Origin: a virus
Length of the DNA: 64,000 bases
Virus record (IMG/VR): IMGVR_UViG_3300005337_000002
Strand: one strand, 5' to 3'
Shown here: positions 8,078 through 17,873 of the stretch, one piece after another
Numbering within the stretch: position 1 is the stretch's first letter
Layout: each line of letters opens with the position of its first letter
Translations under genes and position numbers: made by a program
The notes under the pieces: generated by a model
Seen by the model: the letters and a program-made list of their open reading frames with translations, nothing else
What the model was told of the DNA's origin: nothing
Database searches by the model: none

Positions 8078-9469
8078 CTACCAGGTGCCCGCTCGTTTCC
8101 CATCGTTCAAGATCAACTCCGTGTAGAGCCAGACGAGGGCGTCCATGCGATTCGGCGAGGCCATGCCGGGGACCCAGGACGTCATCTCGGCTTCGAGGTC
8201 CGTAAAGACGCCGACATGATGAATCCGCTGCTGCTCGTACTCGGTCGCAATCGGTTCGGCGCGGGTCTGCTTCCCCCGACTGGCATGGACGGTTTTGTAA
8301 TGGACGGTCGCGGTCGCCCGCACGCCCTCCCGGTGCATCTCCCGCGCCACAAACTGCACCACGGTGCCAATCCACTCCCCGCCGTTATTCACTTCGGCAA
8401 TGAGGACATCGGCCTCCAACTCATCATAGAGGGCAATAGCCTGGCGCGCACAGGCTGCGGGGGTTCCACGCATCGAGGCATCCCGCAATACATAACCATG
8501 GCCGTTCGCCGCGATCCCACCGGCAATCATGCCCATCTCGTCGGCCGTCGGTTGCGAGGTGGCTGAAGGATCAAGGGCAATGGCCACGCGCCGCAAGGGC
8601 GGGAGAAACGTCCCAGGTCCGACGCGGGTACAATCCAGCATCACATGCGTCCACAGGGCACCCGGCACGTCTTCGGTGTCTTCCGCCAAAATCTCCTGGC
8701 GATGCGCGAGGACTGTCATGTCCCCCGTAATCTCATCGAGCGCGGTCTCGGAAATGTACGGATTGGCATGACTCGTGAAGTGAAAGGCTTCCCATCGTCC
8801 CGTCGTGTCCGCCTGCGCGGCTTTGTACAGTTTGGCCGTATAGCGTTTGTCACGGGCTTTCGACATCGAGGCGGTTTGGATCGAGGGCGGGGTATACACA
8901 AAGATCGCATCCCCATCATTGTCCAGCAACATCGGGGCCCCAACGACGCCCCAGGCATCTTCCGACATGAGCTGGTGTTCATCGAGAATCAGTATGTCAG
9001 CATAATCCCCGCGTAAGGTGTCGGCGTTCCAGGCAGTCTTCGCGCGGATACGCGTTTCGGTCCCGGGTATTTCGATGAGATGGCGCGTCTCATTTTTGAG
9101 GAGATATTTGGCATCAATCGCGGGCGCCAGTGCCCGCTTCACCTCAAACCAGAAACGATCCACCTGTTCCTGCGTGGGGACGGCATAGAGGATGCGTCGT
9201 CCGTCGAGAAATTTCTCGAGGGCAATCCGTGCGACCCCCACCGTTTTGCCCCCGCGTCGTCCTGCCCGAATGACTTTGCGTTTGGCCGACGATTGGATAA
9301 AGCGCGCTTGCTCGGCATGCGGGATGCGTAACAGCGTCCGCACCTGGGCATGCCAGGGTGGTGGGGCATGGGGATCTGTCTGGGCTTGCTGTGCCTTGCG
9401 ATGGGCGACGCGCAACCCCGCCATGCCCATCAGGGTGGGGTCCGCCAAGCGCGGATCAAGGGTCGGCAC
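8078..9469 (-). CDS. terL: Terminase large subunit
   Basis: Walker A AGRRGGKT, Walker B LILDE, FTSHANPY, nuclease IALDPS, AEVNNGGE, SPNRMDALVW. Confidence 0.95.
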   Translation of the reverse strand: MPTLDPRLADPTLMGMAGLRVAHRKAQQAQTDPHAPPPWHAQVRTLLRIPHAEQARFIQSSAKRKVIRAGRRGGKTVGVARIALEKFLDGRRILYAVPTQEQVDRFWFEVKRALAPAIDAKYLLKNETRHLIEIPGTETRIRAKTAWNADTLRGDYADILILDEHQLMSEDAWGVVGAPMLLDNDGDAIFVYTPPSIQTASMSKARDKRYTAKLYKAAQADTTGRWEAFHFTSHANPYISETALDEITGDMTVLAHRQEILAEDTEDVPGALWTHVMLDCTRVGPGTFLPPLRRVAIALDPSATSQPTADEMGMIAGGIAANGHGYVLRDASMRGTPAACARQAIALYDELEADVLIAEVNNGGEWIGTVVQFVAREMHREGVRATATVHYKTVHASRGKQTRAEPIATEYEQQRIHHVGVFTDLEAEMTSWVPGMASPNRMDALVWLYTELILNDGKRAGTW

Positions 9470-9992
9470 GGTCCGCCTCGGTGAGCAGGAGTTGGGCTTC
9501 CGCCAGGACCTCTTCGACGGTCAGGCCCAGCGCCTCGGCGACCTTCTGGGCCGTCTGCTGGATCGTGACCTTGAGGTCGACGCGGTCTTTGCGGCCCCAT
9601 TGGTCGGGCTTTGAACGCTCAAGATGCCACGCGTCCGCCTGCCAATCGGGTGGGGCAATACGTTCCTCGACACTCGTACTGCCGTCGCGATGGGTTGTCG
9701 TCTTGCGGTAGACGACGGCGCCGCCGCGTCCGGCCTGTTCAATGCGCGCCACGCGCCGCACGGTATCCGTCGCAATCGCTTTTTGGACAGCGGCATGGAA
9801 GCCCTTATAGGGTTCCGTGGCGGGTCGAGGATGCTCCCCCGCGCCACGATTGACCCATTCCAGCACCGTCGCGCGTGCGATCCCCGCAAATTGCGCGGCT
9901 TCGACTAGCGAGACGCCCGCACCCACGGCGTTCACAATCGCCTGCTGTATTTCTTGAGTGAGTTTGGTGACTCGACCGTTCTGGCGTGCCAT
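9456..9992 (-). CDS. terS: Terminase small subunit
   Basis: GRVTKLT...HTH...DWQADAWHLERSKPDQWGRKD; overlaps the terL start. Confidence 0.8.
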   Translation of the reverse strand: MARQNGRVTKLTQEIQQAIVNAVGAGVSLVEAAQFAGIARATVLEWVNRGAGEHPRPATEPYKGFHAAVQKAIATDTVRRVARIEQAGRGGAVVYRKTTTHRDGSTSVEERIAPPDWQADAWHLERSKPDQWGRKDRVDLKVTIQQTAQKVAEALGLTVEEVLAEAQLLLTEADRADP

Positions 9993-10123
9993 GGTGCTCC
10001 CCTGCCCTCCTCGCGCGCATATACATGCTAGTGCGTGCAAAATCCGCTTGGCGACTCGTGTTGCCCACATGAGTATGGGTCATCTTCTCGACTCATCCCA
10101 TCTTCAGGCTTTGCTACCTGCGC

Positions 10124-11038
10124 TCATGCCTCCGTGAGCGGGATCCCCTGCGCCTTGAGGACCGCCCGCAATTCCGGGCTCTTGACCGCCCCATGTTGCC
10201 GCAGCGTGAGCCCATAGTCATCCACCGCCGGCAACGCCGCGAGGTCGATCCCCGGCTTCAGTTGCAAGTGTTGGTCAAACATGCGCCACCGGTCTTTGAC
10301 GACGTGTTGCGGGCGGTGAAAGCGACGCTTGGTCTCGACCAACCCTGGCCAGATGCGCTCCAGCGAGCGGGCCATGCGCAAGCGGCCATCCCCCTGGTAG
10401 AGATCCGCCGTATTCCCCCCGGCGACCTGCATCGTCGTGATCTTGTCGACCATGAAGGCGTTCACCAGCACGGTGCACCAGCCATCCGTCAGGACACGCA
10501 GGCAGAAATCCGTGTCATCATTGTAGCGCTGGCGCCACCCATATGGTAGAGAATTTAGTACTAATGAGCAGGAGTAGATGTGGACATTCAGCCAGTAGGG
10601 TGGGACTGACTTGAGGTCAGCGACGAACATCTTGTAGGCCAGCCCGGCCAGCGCGATGTTCTGATAGCGGTCCACAAAGTCTTCACAGACGCGCAAGGCA
10701 ATCCCCGCCTTACACGGGAGGCGTCGCCCCTTCCAGCGGCGATAGAAGATGCGCATGTTGTCATCGAGTTGCCAGTGGCGGGCTGCCCCGGTCGCCGTGG
10801 CATGCGCTTTGATCCAGTTGCGGGCATAGAGGAGCCCCCCGTTGTTCCGATCCAGGAGGAGCAGGGCGGCGGTGGGAAAGGCCGCGCGATAGGCCTCGGC
10901 TTCTTGCGGCTCCACGACCAGGGAGAAGGGGACGCCATCGAGCAGGAGCCGTCGCATCGTAGATTGGCCAAACTGGCTGCGGCCTTTCGAGGGAATATAC
11001 ACGGGATACCGGGGGAGGACGGCGCCTGATGGTCTCAT
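10124..11038 (-). CDS. TAGT/GREB1-like glycosyltransferase (predicted DNA base modification)
   Basis: YPVYIPSKGR, VVEPQEAEAY, WQLDDN, YNDDTD and GGNT motifs. Confidence 0.8.
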   Translation of the reverse strand: MRPSGAVLPRYPVYIPSKGRSQFGQSTMRRLLLDGVPFSLVVEPQEAEAYRAAFPTAALLLLDRNNGGLLYARNWIKAHATATGAARHWQLDDNMRIFYRRWKGRRLPCKAGIALRVCEDFVDRYQNIALAGLAYKMFVADLKSVPPYWLNVHIYSCSLVLNSLPYGWRQRYNDDTDFCLRVLTDGWCTVLVNAFMVDKITTMQVAGGNTADLYQGDGRLRMARSLERIWPGLVETKRRFHRPQHVVKDRWRMFDQHLQLKPGIDLAALPAVDDYGLTLRQHGAVKSPELRAVLKAQGIPLTEA

Positions 11039-11862
11039 GCGGGGGAGGCCTTGCGCCAATAGGCTGGGCGCTGGTTCCAACACTTCGTCGCGATTTTGAC
11101 ATAGCCGTGCTGGCGGAGGCAACTGTTGAAAGCCCGCGAGGCGCTCGCCCCAGGCACGCGCGTGCCCCCGACCTCATAGGTCTCGAAATGCCCGATGGAC
11201 GGGGCGGTGAAGGTATTGGCGATCAGCAACGCCCGTGGCTGACACTGCGTGAGGAGCGTGACGAGATGGTCCACCGGGGCGGGAATGTGCTCAAAATACT
11301 CGCTGGCAAAGACGACATCGACCGGGGACGGAAGCAGGGGAATCTCCGGCACGACCTGGAAGCCAAACTGGCGTCCCATGCGTTCCGCCACCCGTGTTTG
11401 GGTGAGCCCGGGAAAATTGGTGGCCCAGAGGTCGCAGTGCGGCCAGAGCTGGCGGAGCGCGGCGGTCGTGTAGCCGATCCCGCAGCCGAGGTCCACGACG
11501 CGTGTCACCGGGGCGAGGTGCGCGGCAATCCCGGCAGGCGGACAGAGTTTGGCCGGCAGGAGTTGGGCCAGATATTTGCGGGAATAGACGACCCAGCAGG
11601 CCCAGAGTTCCGCGAGATAATAGTCGGCGTCATAGACGGCCCAGCATGGGGTGCCCTGGCGGAGGGAGGCATACCATTGCGCCTGGAGCCGTTGACCGGG
11701 CTCCGTTGCCAGGCGCCCCTGCCCGCTGCTGCGCAGATAGGCAATGGTCTGCAGTGCGAGGTGCCGCACCGTCGTCACGTCGCGCACGCCCACCGCGGCA
11801 CAGTCCTCGAGAAAATGCGCGAATTGCGGCTGCCACTCACCGGTCAGCAGTGTCGGGATCAT
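11035..11862 (-). CDS. Class I SAM-dependent methyltransferase
   Basis: VVDLGCGIGY and DVVFASEYFEHI; no NPPY/DPPY/PC DNA-MTase motif. Confidence 0.8.
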   Translation of the reverse strand: MIPTLLTGEWQPQFAHFLEDCAAVGVRDVTTVRHLALQTIAYLRSSGQGRLATEPGQRLQAQWYASLRQGTPCWAVYDADYYLAELWACWVVYSRKYLAQLLPAKLCPPAGIAAHLAPVTRVVDLGCGIGYTTAALRQLWPHCDLWATNFPGLTQTRVAERMGRQFGFQVVPEIPLLPSPVDVVFASEYFEHIPAPVDHLVTLLTQCQPRALLIANTFTAPSIGHFETYEVGGTRVPGASASRAFNSCLRQHGYVKIATKCWNQRPAYWRKASPA

Positions 11863-12568
11863 CCTGCTCCTCTTCCTCAAATTGCAGGCCCATCACATCT
11901 TCGTGCACTTTGGGCGGCCACCAGCAGGAGACGGACGGTCGGTCGGCGTCCGGTGGGGCGAGGCCCAGCTGCGCGGCCAGGGCGCCCCGATCCTCGGGCG
12001 AGCGGCAACTGATCAGCAAGCGCCAGCAGGTTTTACCCTCGGCGTCATACTCGGGCAGGCCGACCCACTGACTCGCGTGGTCTTTCTCCTGGATCTCGCT
12101 GGCCGGGCGCGTGGCATACACGAGGCCCGCCAGCATCGTGGCGTCGAACCCAGTGCCCAGCAGTCCCTCGATATCCTGACTGGCGTGCAACTCCCGTAAC
12201 AACTCGGTGAGCGCCCGATCGTCCTTGAAGGCCAGCCGCGCCACTTCGTTATCCCCGACGAGCACCTTGAGGGCCTCGGGATCGTTCGAGGCGAAGGGGA
12301 GCCGCCGCACCGGGCCATGCGTCAGGCCGAGTTGCATCGCGGCCTTCACGACCCCGTGGCCCGCGAGGATCGTGTCATCGGCGGTGATGACGACGTTCTT
12401 ATACCACCCGTGCTGTTGCAGGCTATGCCGCAGGTGGGCCAACTCATCGTCGGGATGATCCTGGTAATTGCGTGGATGGGGATGGAGGGACGCCAGGGGC
12501 ACGATTTCCAGGGGGAGTGTGTCGAGTGCCGGCGCTGTGGTGCTGGGGGCGCGTGTTGATGAGGCCAT
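11837..12568 (-). CDS. ParB-like nuclease domain protein (terminase-linked type)
   Basis: LHPHPRNYQDH...SLQQHGW...ILAGHG...GDNEVA. Confidence 0.85.
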   Translation of the reverse strand: MASSTRAPSTTAPALDTLPLEIVPLASLHPHPRNYQDHPDDELAHLRHSLQQHGWYKNVVITADDTILAGHGVVKAAMQLGLTHGPVRRLPFASNDPEALKVLVGDNEVARLAFKDDRALTELLRELHASQDIEGLLGTGFDATMLAGLVYATRPASEIQEKDHASQWVGLPEYDAEGKTCWRLLISCRSPEDRGALAAQLGLAPPDADRPSVSCWWPPKVHEDVMGLQFEEEEQDDPDTADR

Positions 12569-12698
12569 ACAACTCCTTCTGCGCCTCGCCCATGCCAGGG
12601 GTGCCGTGTTCCATGAGACCGTATCGTTCACAGCGAGACGTGTCGTGAGTGTACACAGGAGCATGACCGCGGGTCAAGGGGTGGGCGCTGATGCGACC

Positions 12699-12926
12699 TC
12701 AGGACCCCTCATCCCCATAGATGTCCGCCAGCCAATCCAGCGTACACCCGAGGGCACGCGCCAGGGCCCGCATGGTGAAAATGCCGGGGTTTTTATGGAT
12801 CCCCCGCTCGATCCGCCAGATCGTCTGGTATTGCAGGCCCGTCTTCCCGGCGATGTCTTGCGTCGAGAGCTGGCGCTGCGCCCGCAGCCCGGCGACCCGC
12901 TTCCCCAAGCGTTGTGCGCTGTCCAT
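12699..12926 (-). CDS. XRE-family HTH regulator
   Basis: LGKRVAGLR...STQDIAGKTGLQYQTIWRIERG...LARALGCTLDWL. Confidence 0.9.
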   Translation of the reverse strand: MDSAQRLGKRVAGLRAQRQLSTQDIAGKTGLQYQTIWRIERGIHKNPGIFTMRALARALGCTLDWLADIYGDEGS

Positions 12927-13088
12927 CAGGACCCCTTTTCTTCTAATTCACTCTAGAGAGAAAATACTGAGAAGTATTCTACCATGATTCTGAACTAAAA
13001 TTCAATTTCGGTGTTTACATTCTGCATGCAATGCCTTATACTTAGTTCAAGTACGACGGAGCATAACAAACCAAGGGAAGGAATGATC
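12927..13088. promoter_or_regulatory. AT-rich divergent promoter
   Basis: TTTACA (13014)-17 nt-TATACT (13037) on the + strand. Confidence 0.6.
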
Positions 13089-14447
13089 ATGGCAACGAAG
13101 AGTGACGCCGCCACCGTGGCCCGTGAAAGGCGACGGTCGAGATATCATGCGGCCGCATCTCTAGAGATCGTGCGACGTATCGCGAAGCGTCTGAACATTA
13201 CGGTGGCGATGCACACCGAGCGATCCGAAGCCCATCCGATGGGTTGTATCGTGATTGACTGCCTTGCCGATGATGTCACGGCCCTTGAGCATGAGATCAA
13301 CGCGCATGCGAAGCTAGCGACGGTCCCCATTGCCTTTGTGCCGCGGGTGTCCGATGACGTTCGCTATGCAGACAGTGCTGCGGATGCTCAGGAAGATCTC
13401 CAGGCCCAGGTGGAACCAGAACGCCAGAGTGCCCCAGCGGCCCTGGACACCTGTGCGCATACGACCGTCCGCCGCTTGGATGCGCGTGACTTTGGCTTTC
13501 AGTGTGTGGACTGTGCCGCGAAGCTGAGTCACGATGCGATCCCTGATGTGTGCACGATCCTCCCAGTCCACACGACCGAGATCATCTCACAGACAGAGGA
13601 GGATATGCCCCAGGGAGATTCCGAGATCCAGGATGCCCTTCCGCAGGAGACGTCACTGTTGCAACGTGCCATCCCTCCACCGCAGTCCGCACATTCGATC
13701 AGTTGGACGACCTGCTTTGTCTGCCAGACCGGCAAAGCCGCAGTCCACTCCAACGGGCGCTGCCAGGAATGCTATGAGTTCTTTCGCCACACCGGCACGG
13801 ATCGGAGCCCAGCGGAGATCGCGGCGACACAGGGCCTCCCGGTGAGGGAGATTATGGGCAAGGGGCTGCTGAAAGAGGGGAGGGATACCACGCCGCCCAT
13901 CGCTGCTCATGGCAGCCCAATGACCACACAGAGTACGAATCGAGAAGCCCAGTTGAGTGGCGCAGATCTCCAAGCAATCCTCGCGGCCCAGCGCGGGGCG
14001 ACGGCTGTGACAGCGCCGAGCAGTCCTGAAGATAGTGCGTCCGGTGTCGTGCTCGACAGCCCCCAAGCATCCCGCAGTGCTCGTATACAGTTTCTCTACG
14101 ACCTCGTTGCCCAGGGGGATGCGGTAATCCAGCAGGCACTCGATCAACAGACGGTTATCGTGCACCTCCCCGGGGAGAGCCCGCACCGCCGCGCATCAGT
14201 TTCCCGTGCGCGGCCGACGAGCCCGACACCCGCCGCCGTGCCCAAGGAGGGGAGTGCGATCAGTCGACTCCTGGCGCAGATTGCCCCCGAGGTGCAAGCC
14301 CAGATGCGCACTGACCGCGCCGCCGGGATGTCCTTCGTGGCCATTGACCTGAAATACGGCTATGCCGATGCGAAGGCCACGCGGGGACGCATGTCCTGGA
14401 CCGTGTGTAAGTCTGCCGAGACACCCTCAGCGCAGGAGGAGGATTAA
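13089..14447 (+). CDS. Large hypothetical protein with Zn-ribbon motifs
   Basis: C..H...CVDC and CFVC...CQEC; AAGGA RBS. Confidence 0.65.
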   Translation: MATKSDAATVARERRRSRYHAAASLEIVRRIAKRLNITVAMHTERSEAHPMGCIVIDCLADDVTALEHEINAHAKLATVPIAFVPRVSDDVRYADSAADAQEDLQAQVEPERQSAPAALDTCAHTTVRRLDARDFGFQCVDCAAKLSHDAIPDVCTILPVHTTEIISQTEEDMPQGDSEIQDALPQETSLLQRAIPPPQSAHSISWTTCFVCQTGKAAVHSNGRCQECYEFFRHTGTDRSPAEIAATQGLPVREIMGKGLLKEGRDTTPPIAAHGSPMTTQSTNREAQLSGADLQAILAAQRGATAVTAPSSPEDSASGVVLDSPQASRSARIQFLYDLVAQGDAVIQQALDQQTVIVHLPGESPHRRASVSRARPTSPTPAAVPKEGSAISRLLAQIAPEVQAQMRTDRAAGMSFVAIDLKYGYADAKATRGRMSWTVCKSAETPSAQEED

Positions 14448-14448
14448 C

Positions 14449-14694
14449 GTGACGTTTGCGACGACACTCCCCCTCACCATTCTCACGATCACGCCGACGA
14501 CCGTGCTGGCCCATGTCGCCCAGACGACGCTGCTGCGCCAGCACGAGTTGCCGACACTGACCCATGCGGGCCGCACCTGGGTCCCCTTCACGATGCGGCT
14601 CCGCGATGCGCAGACTGCGGCCTTTCACGGGCGCCGGGCGGGCTACGAGATCGAGTATCGCCCGCTACGGTTGGGGGCATGTGCGCCTCAGTAA
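14449..14694 (+). CDS. Hypothetical protein
   Basis: GGAGGA RBS, GTG start, VTFATTLPLTIL... Confidence 0.5.
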   Translation: MTFATTLPLTILTITPTTVLAHVAQTTLLRQHELPTLTHAGRTWVPFTMRLRDAQTAAFHGRRAGYEIEYRPLRLGACAPQ

Positions 14695-15119
14695 TCTATC
14701 CCATCCTCCTCGTGGGACAGGCACCGGGTGATCCCGCCTGTCCCCGGTCGCAGGGGCGGAGCACGCAGCGCTTCCTCCGCCTGCTCGGCCTTACCCCTAC
14801 TGCCTATCAGCGTCTTTTTCACTGGCAGAACCTTCTCGACAGCTTTCCCGGGAAGGCGGGGAAGGGCGATGCCTTCCCCCTGGCTGCAGCCTGTGTGGTG
14901 GCGATGACCTTTCCCCTGGCCCCGGTGACGCTCCTCCTGGGCCAGCGGGTCGCCCAAGCGTTTCACTTGCCACCCGTCTATTTCCAGTGGCACGCCGTGC
15001 GCGGGTGTCAGGTGGCCGTGATCCCGCATCCCTCGGGGATCAATCACTGGTGGAATACGCCAGCGCATCGTGAGACGTTCACCAGGTTCATGCGTGCGCT
15101 GCTTCCCGACATTTCTTAA
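14679..15119 (+). CDS. Small uracil-DNA glycosylase superfamily protein
   Basis: Motif A LLVGQAPG and motif B VIPHPSG. Confidence 0.75.
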   Translation: MCASVIYPILLVGQAPGDPACPRSQGRSTQRFLRLLGLTPTAYQRLFHWQNLLDSFPGKAGKGDAFPLAAACVVAMTFPLAPVTLLLGQRVAQAFHLPPVYFQWHAVRGCQVAVIPHPSGINHWWNTPAHRETFTRFMRALLPDIS

Positions 15120-15176
15120 TCATGGGTATTGTCTGCGCCTACCCACCCGCTGATGGAGGCGTAAGACACAGATATC

Positions 15177-15497
15177 TTACGCCTGGCTCTTGGCATGCGA
15201 ACGACGGCGGCGGGGCGCCGCGAGGACTGCATCGAGGGCGGCATGCCTGGCCTTGGATTGCCCCGCGAGACAGCGGCGACATTGCTGGGCGACCGAGCGC
15301 GGCGAGACGAGATCTTCGAGCCACTGGTCACCGTCACGGGCCAGCGGGCGGATGCCACAATAGGCGGTGTCCGCACCGGACGGGAGCAGGTGGTAGGAGA
15401 GACTGCGGGACGTGCGGACATAGTGCAGGGTGCGGGGTGTGGGCATGGGGGGTCTCCTCAGAAAGCGGGGCGGCACAAGACCGCCACTGGGGATCAT
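15177..15497 (-). CDS. Hypothetical protein
   Basis: H...AYCG...CRRC; ATGA overlap with the upstream gene. Confidence 0.5.
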   Translation of the reverse strand: MIPSGGLVPPRFLRRPPMPTPRTLHYVRTSRSLSYHLLPSGADTAYCGIRPLARDGDQWLEDLVSPRSVAQQCRRCLAGQSKARHAALDAVLAAPRRRRSHAKSQA

Positions 15498-16258
15498 TCA
15501 CACGTGTACTTGTGGGGCGGTGCGGGGGTTGGAGCAGCAAGGTCGTCGGGGAACTGGCGCCAGGTATAGAATGAATCGTCCTGTTCTCTTAAGGAGCAGC
15601 CTTTTTCATTTTGGTAGTGGCTACTCTGCTTGAAAAAGAACGGAATATTTTGCCCTATGCATTGATCGCGAATATTCCGTGCCCACTGATGCGGCATGGG
15701 GCGATGATGCCGTCCGCTCTCTCCGCCAACGACGATCCACGAAATGTCAGTGAGATCCATTATCCCCAAATCTTCCAGCAGTGGCTCGAGGCTCAGAAAC
15801 TTGACCCGCGCACCACACTGCCGCAGCGTATCGAGTCGATGGAGCGCCTTCCGGTCCCCAATCGTTGTGCCCTGCCAAATATTGTCTGTCCAGGGGCCGG
15901 GCCACGTTGCTGCCCGCTCCGGACGTTTTGTCAACACGAGAAACTGATGTTGCGGCAGATCATTCATCACCGCAAACATCCGTGCCAGATAGTCATCAGG
16001 CACCAGCGGGTGAAAGGCGTCACTCATGGAATTGACAAAAATACGGGCTGGGGCTTTGAGTGCATACGGCTCCCGCAGCTTGTGGGGTTTCAACTGCACA
16101 TTGGCCGAGGCATTCTTGGCCGTCCACGGCAAGGGCGTCAGCCCGAACCGCAGGCTAATGGCTTCAGCATAGCAGGATCGGCATGCTTGGTCTAGCTTGG
16201 AACAGCCCAAAACGGCATTCCATGTGTGCGTTGCCCAGGAAATTAGGGTTTCTTGCAT
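15494..16258 (-). CDS. DUF5131 / phage Gp37-Gp68 family (radical-SAM-like three-Cys motif)
   Basis: ISWATHTWN..GCSK...CRSCYAE, FVNSMSD, LTKRP, FLSLEPLL, VGGESG, FFKQ. Confidence 0.92.
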   Translation of the reverse strand: MQETLISWATHTWNAVLGCSKLDQACRSCYAEAISLRFGLTPLPWTAKNASANVQLKPHKLREPYALKAPARIFVNSMSDAFHPLVPDDYLARMFAVMNDLPQHQFLVLTKRPERAATWPGPWTDNIWQGTTIGDRKALHRLDTLRQCGARVKFLSLEPLLEDLGIMDLTDISWIVVGGESGRHHRPMPHQWARNIRDQCIGQNIPFFFKQSSHYQNEKGCSLREQDDSFYTWRQFPDDLAAPTPAPPHKYTCE

Positions 16259-16977
16259 AGGAGAGTTTTTCCTCTTCGCGCATGGCCGAGGATATAGGTC
16301 CTTGGGCGCTTCCACTTGTCATACTTTTCGGTGGACTGTCCACATCCGCAGGCGCACAGAATCATTGTTTGTTGTCGAAGCGGGAGACTTCCCGGTGGCC
16401 CGTAGATGCCTTGCAGGCGCCGGACGATCTTTCCTTACTTTGCCAGGAATGACAAGGCGACCTTGAGGGCACCTGCTTTGTGTGCCGGGAGCGTTTGCGC
16501 GATCTCTGCGACCGTTGCTGCCCCAGCGAGTACGGCACGTTCTGCGGCATCGCGCAGCCAGGCATCTTGCGGATTATGCCCAGAGACATAGTCTCGGGGT
16601 CTGCCACTGCCATCATAGCGCAAAAAGCGTGCTCCGCAGCCACACAAACATGTCACCTCGCTATTCGGCTCATCAGGATGTTGTAAGTTTGACCCAGGTT
16701 TCCGATGGAAAAATCGATGTGCTGCGCCCGATGCAGCGACAATCAAATTGCCTGGGGTATTATCGCCTTTTCGCTCATTATCATGATGGACTTGCTCCTT
16801 GGATGTGAGCGGATGGTCGATTTGCTCCTGCGCAATGAGCCGATGCTCATAGGCATAGCCACGTACATCCGCGAGTGGATGATCTTTGCCCACGAGAATG
16901 AGGACGTAGCCTCGCGGGTCAACCGTGCGTCCGCCTTTCCAACTCGGGCTATTTGCCCCGCTCCGGTCTTTCGGCAT
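16243..16977 (-). pseudogene. HNH endonuclease interrupted by an in-frame TAA at 16435-16437
   Basis: WKGG...GYAYEHRLIA...VHHDNERKGDN...NL. Frame continues LAK*GKIVRR...ILCACGCG...YDKWKRPRTYILGH to a stop at 16243. Confidence 0.75.
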
Positions 16978-17138
16978 GCTTCTCCCTTTCTTTCTGTCCC
17001 GGAAAAGACATCTGCAAGGATGGGAACCACGCATGATATGTGCCCAATAGTTGCCTTGCAGTCGAAGGTCATTTCGAGACATACTTCTTCCCTGTCTCGA
17101 CGTGTCTCTCGCGTCACAGACACCCTGCCGCTGAGGGC

Positions 17139-17453
17139 CTAGCGTCCAACCAGTTCCTCAGCGGCGCCCGCATACTCGCTTTCGTCGTCCGCCCCTGCTT
17201 CGTAGACACGATCCTCTGTGCGCATCCCGAGCAGGATATCCGTCGAGACATGAAACGCATCAGCTAGGCGACGAATCATTTCATGATCAATGAATTTCCG
17301 TTCCCCGTGCAGAATTTTCCAAAGGAGTGTCGGGGAGAGTGAGGCACGATGTGCCAGCTCCGCATTCGTCCACCCTTTGAGGAGCTGTAACTCCTCAATT
17401 TTCTTCACAATATCCCATTTCTGTAATGTCCGCGCTGGATAGCGAGTCCGCAT
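17139..17453 (-). CDS. XRE-family HTH regulator
   Basis: KGWTNAELAHRASLSPTLLWKILHG...LADAFHVSTDILLG. Confidence 0.88.
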   Translation of the reverse strand: MRTRYPARTLQKWDIVKKIEELQLLKGWTNAELAHRASLSPTLLWKILHGERKFIDHEMIRRLADAFHVSTDILLGMRTEDRVYEAGADDESEYAGAAEELVGR

Positions 17454-17580
17454 CAGAACCTCCTTTCCTACTAGACTATAGACCATTTTTCTATTCTAGT
17501 AAAGTTTTTTATCTTTTCTACGATTAAAATGCTATTTTACTATATACATTTTTTCTATTATAGAGTATAATCTCTCTAGA
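17454..17580. promoter_or_regulatory. AT-rich divergent promoter for the left small-gene array
   Basis: TATACA (17543)-17 nt-TATAAT (17566). Confidence 0.65.
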
Positions 17581-17779
17581 TTAGGAAACAGACTGACAAC
17601 TGAAGAGCCCGGACCCGAGATAGGGTGTCAGACACCCAGGCGCAGTGGAGGCTAGAAGGGGACGGGCAGGCAGCAGGGCGCAACGAGGCACACCCCCCTC
17701 TACGCTGACCGAATCAAACGCCCCACTGAAGGAGCATCAAGCGCGAGAATCTCAGCGACGACGACCGATGAGAGACAAC

Positions 17780-17853
17780 GGTGTAATGCAACCAGCGGCG
17801 CAGATTCCCACGTAGCGCGACTCTCCATGGTGGAGAGGAATGCAGAGGACACC
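17780..17853 (+). ncRNA. Twister ribozyme, type P1 with P5 stem (slightly deviant L4)
   Basis: P1 GGUGU/ACACC, U^AA (17784/17785), P2 UGCA/UGCA, GAGG, L4 UCCCACGU (T1 CC:GG, T2 AC:GU), P4 GCGC/GCGC, P5 CUCUCCA/UGGAGAG. Confidence 0.72.
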
Positions 17854-17873
17854 CATCTGAGAAGGAATGCCCC

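Noticed and set aside
17585-17690. GAAA...CUGAAGAG as a hammerhead
   Set aside because: No proper stems I and III or NUH triplet; GCAA stands where GAAA is needed.
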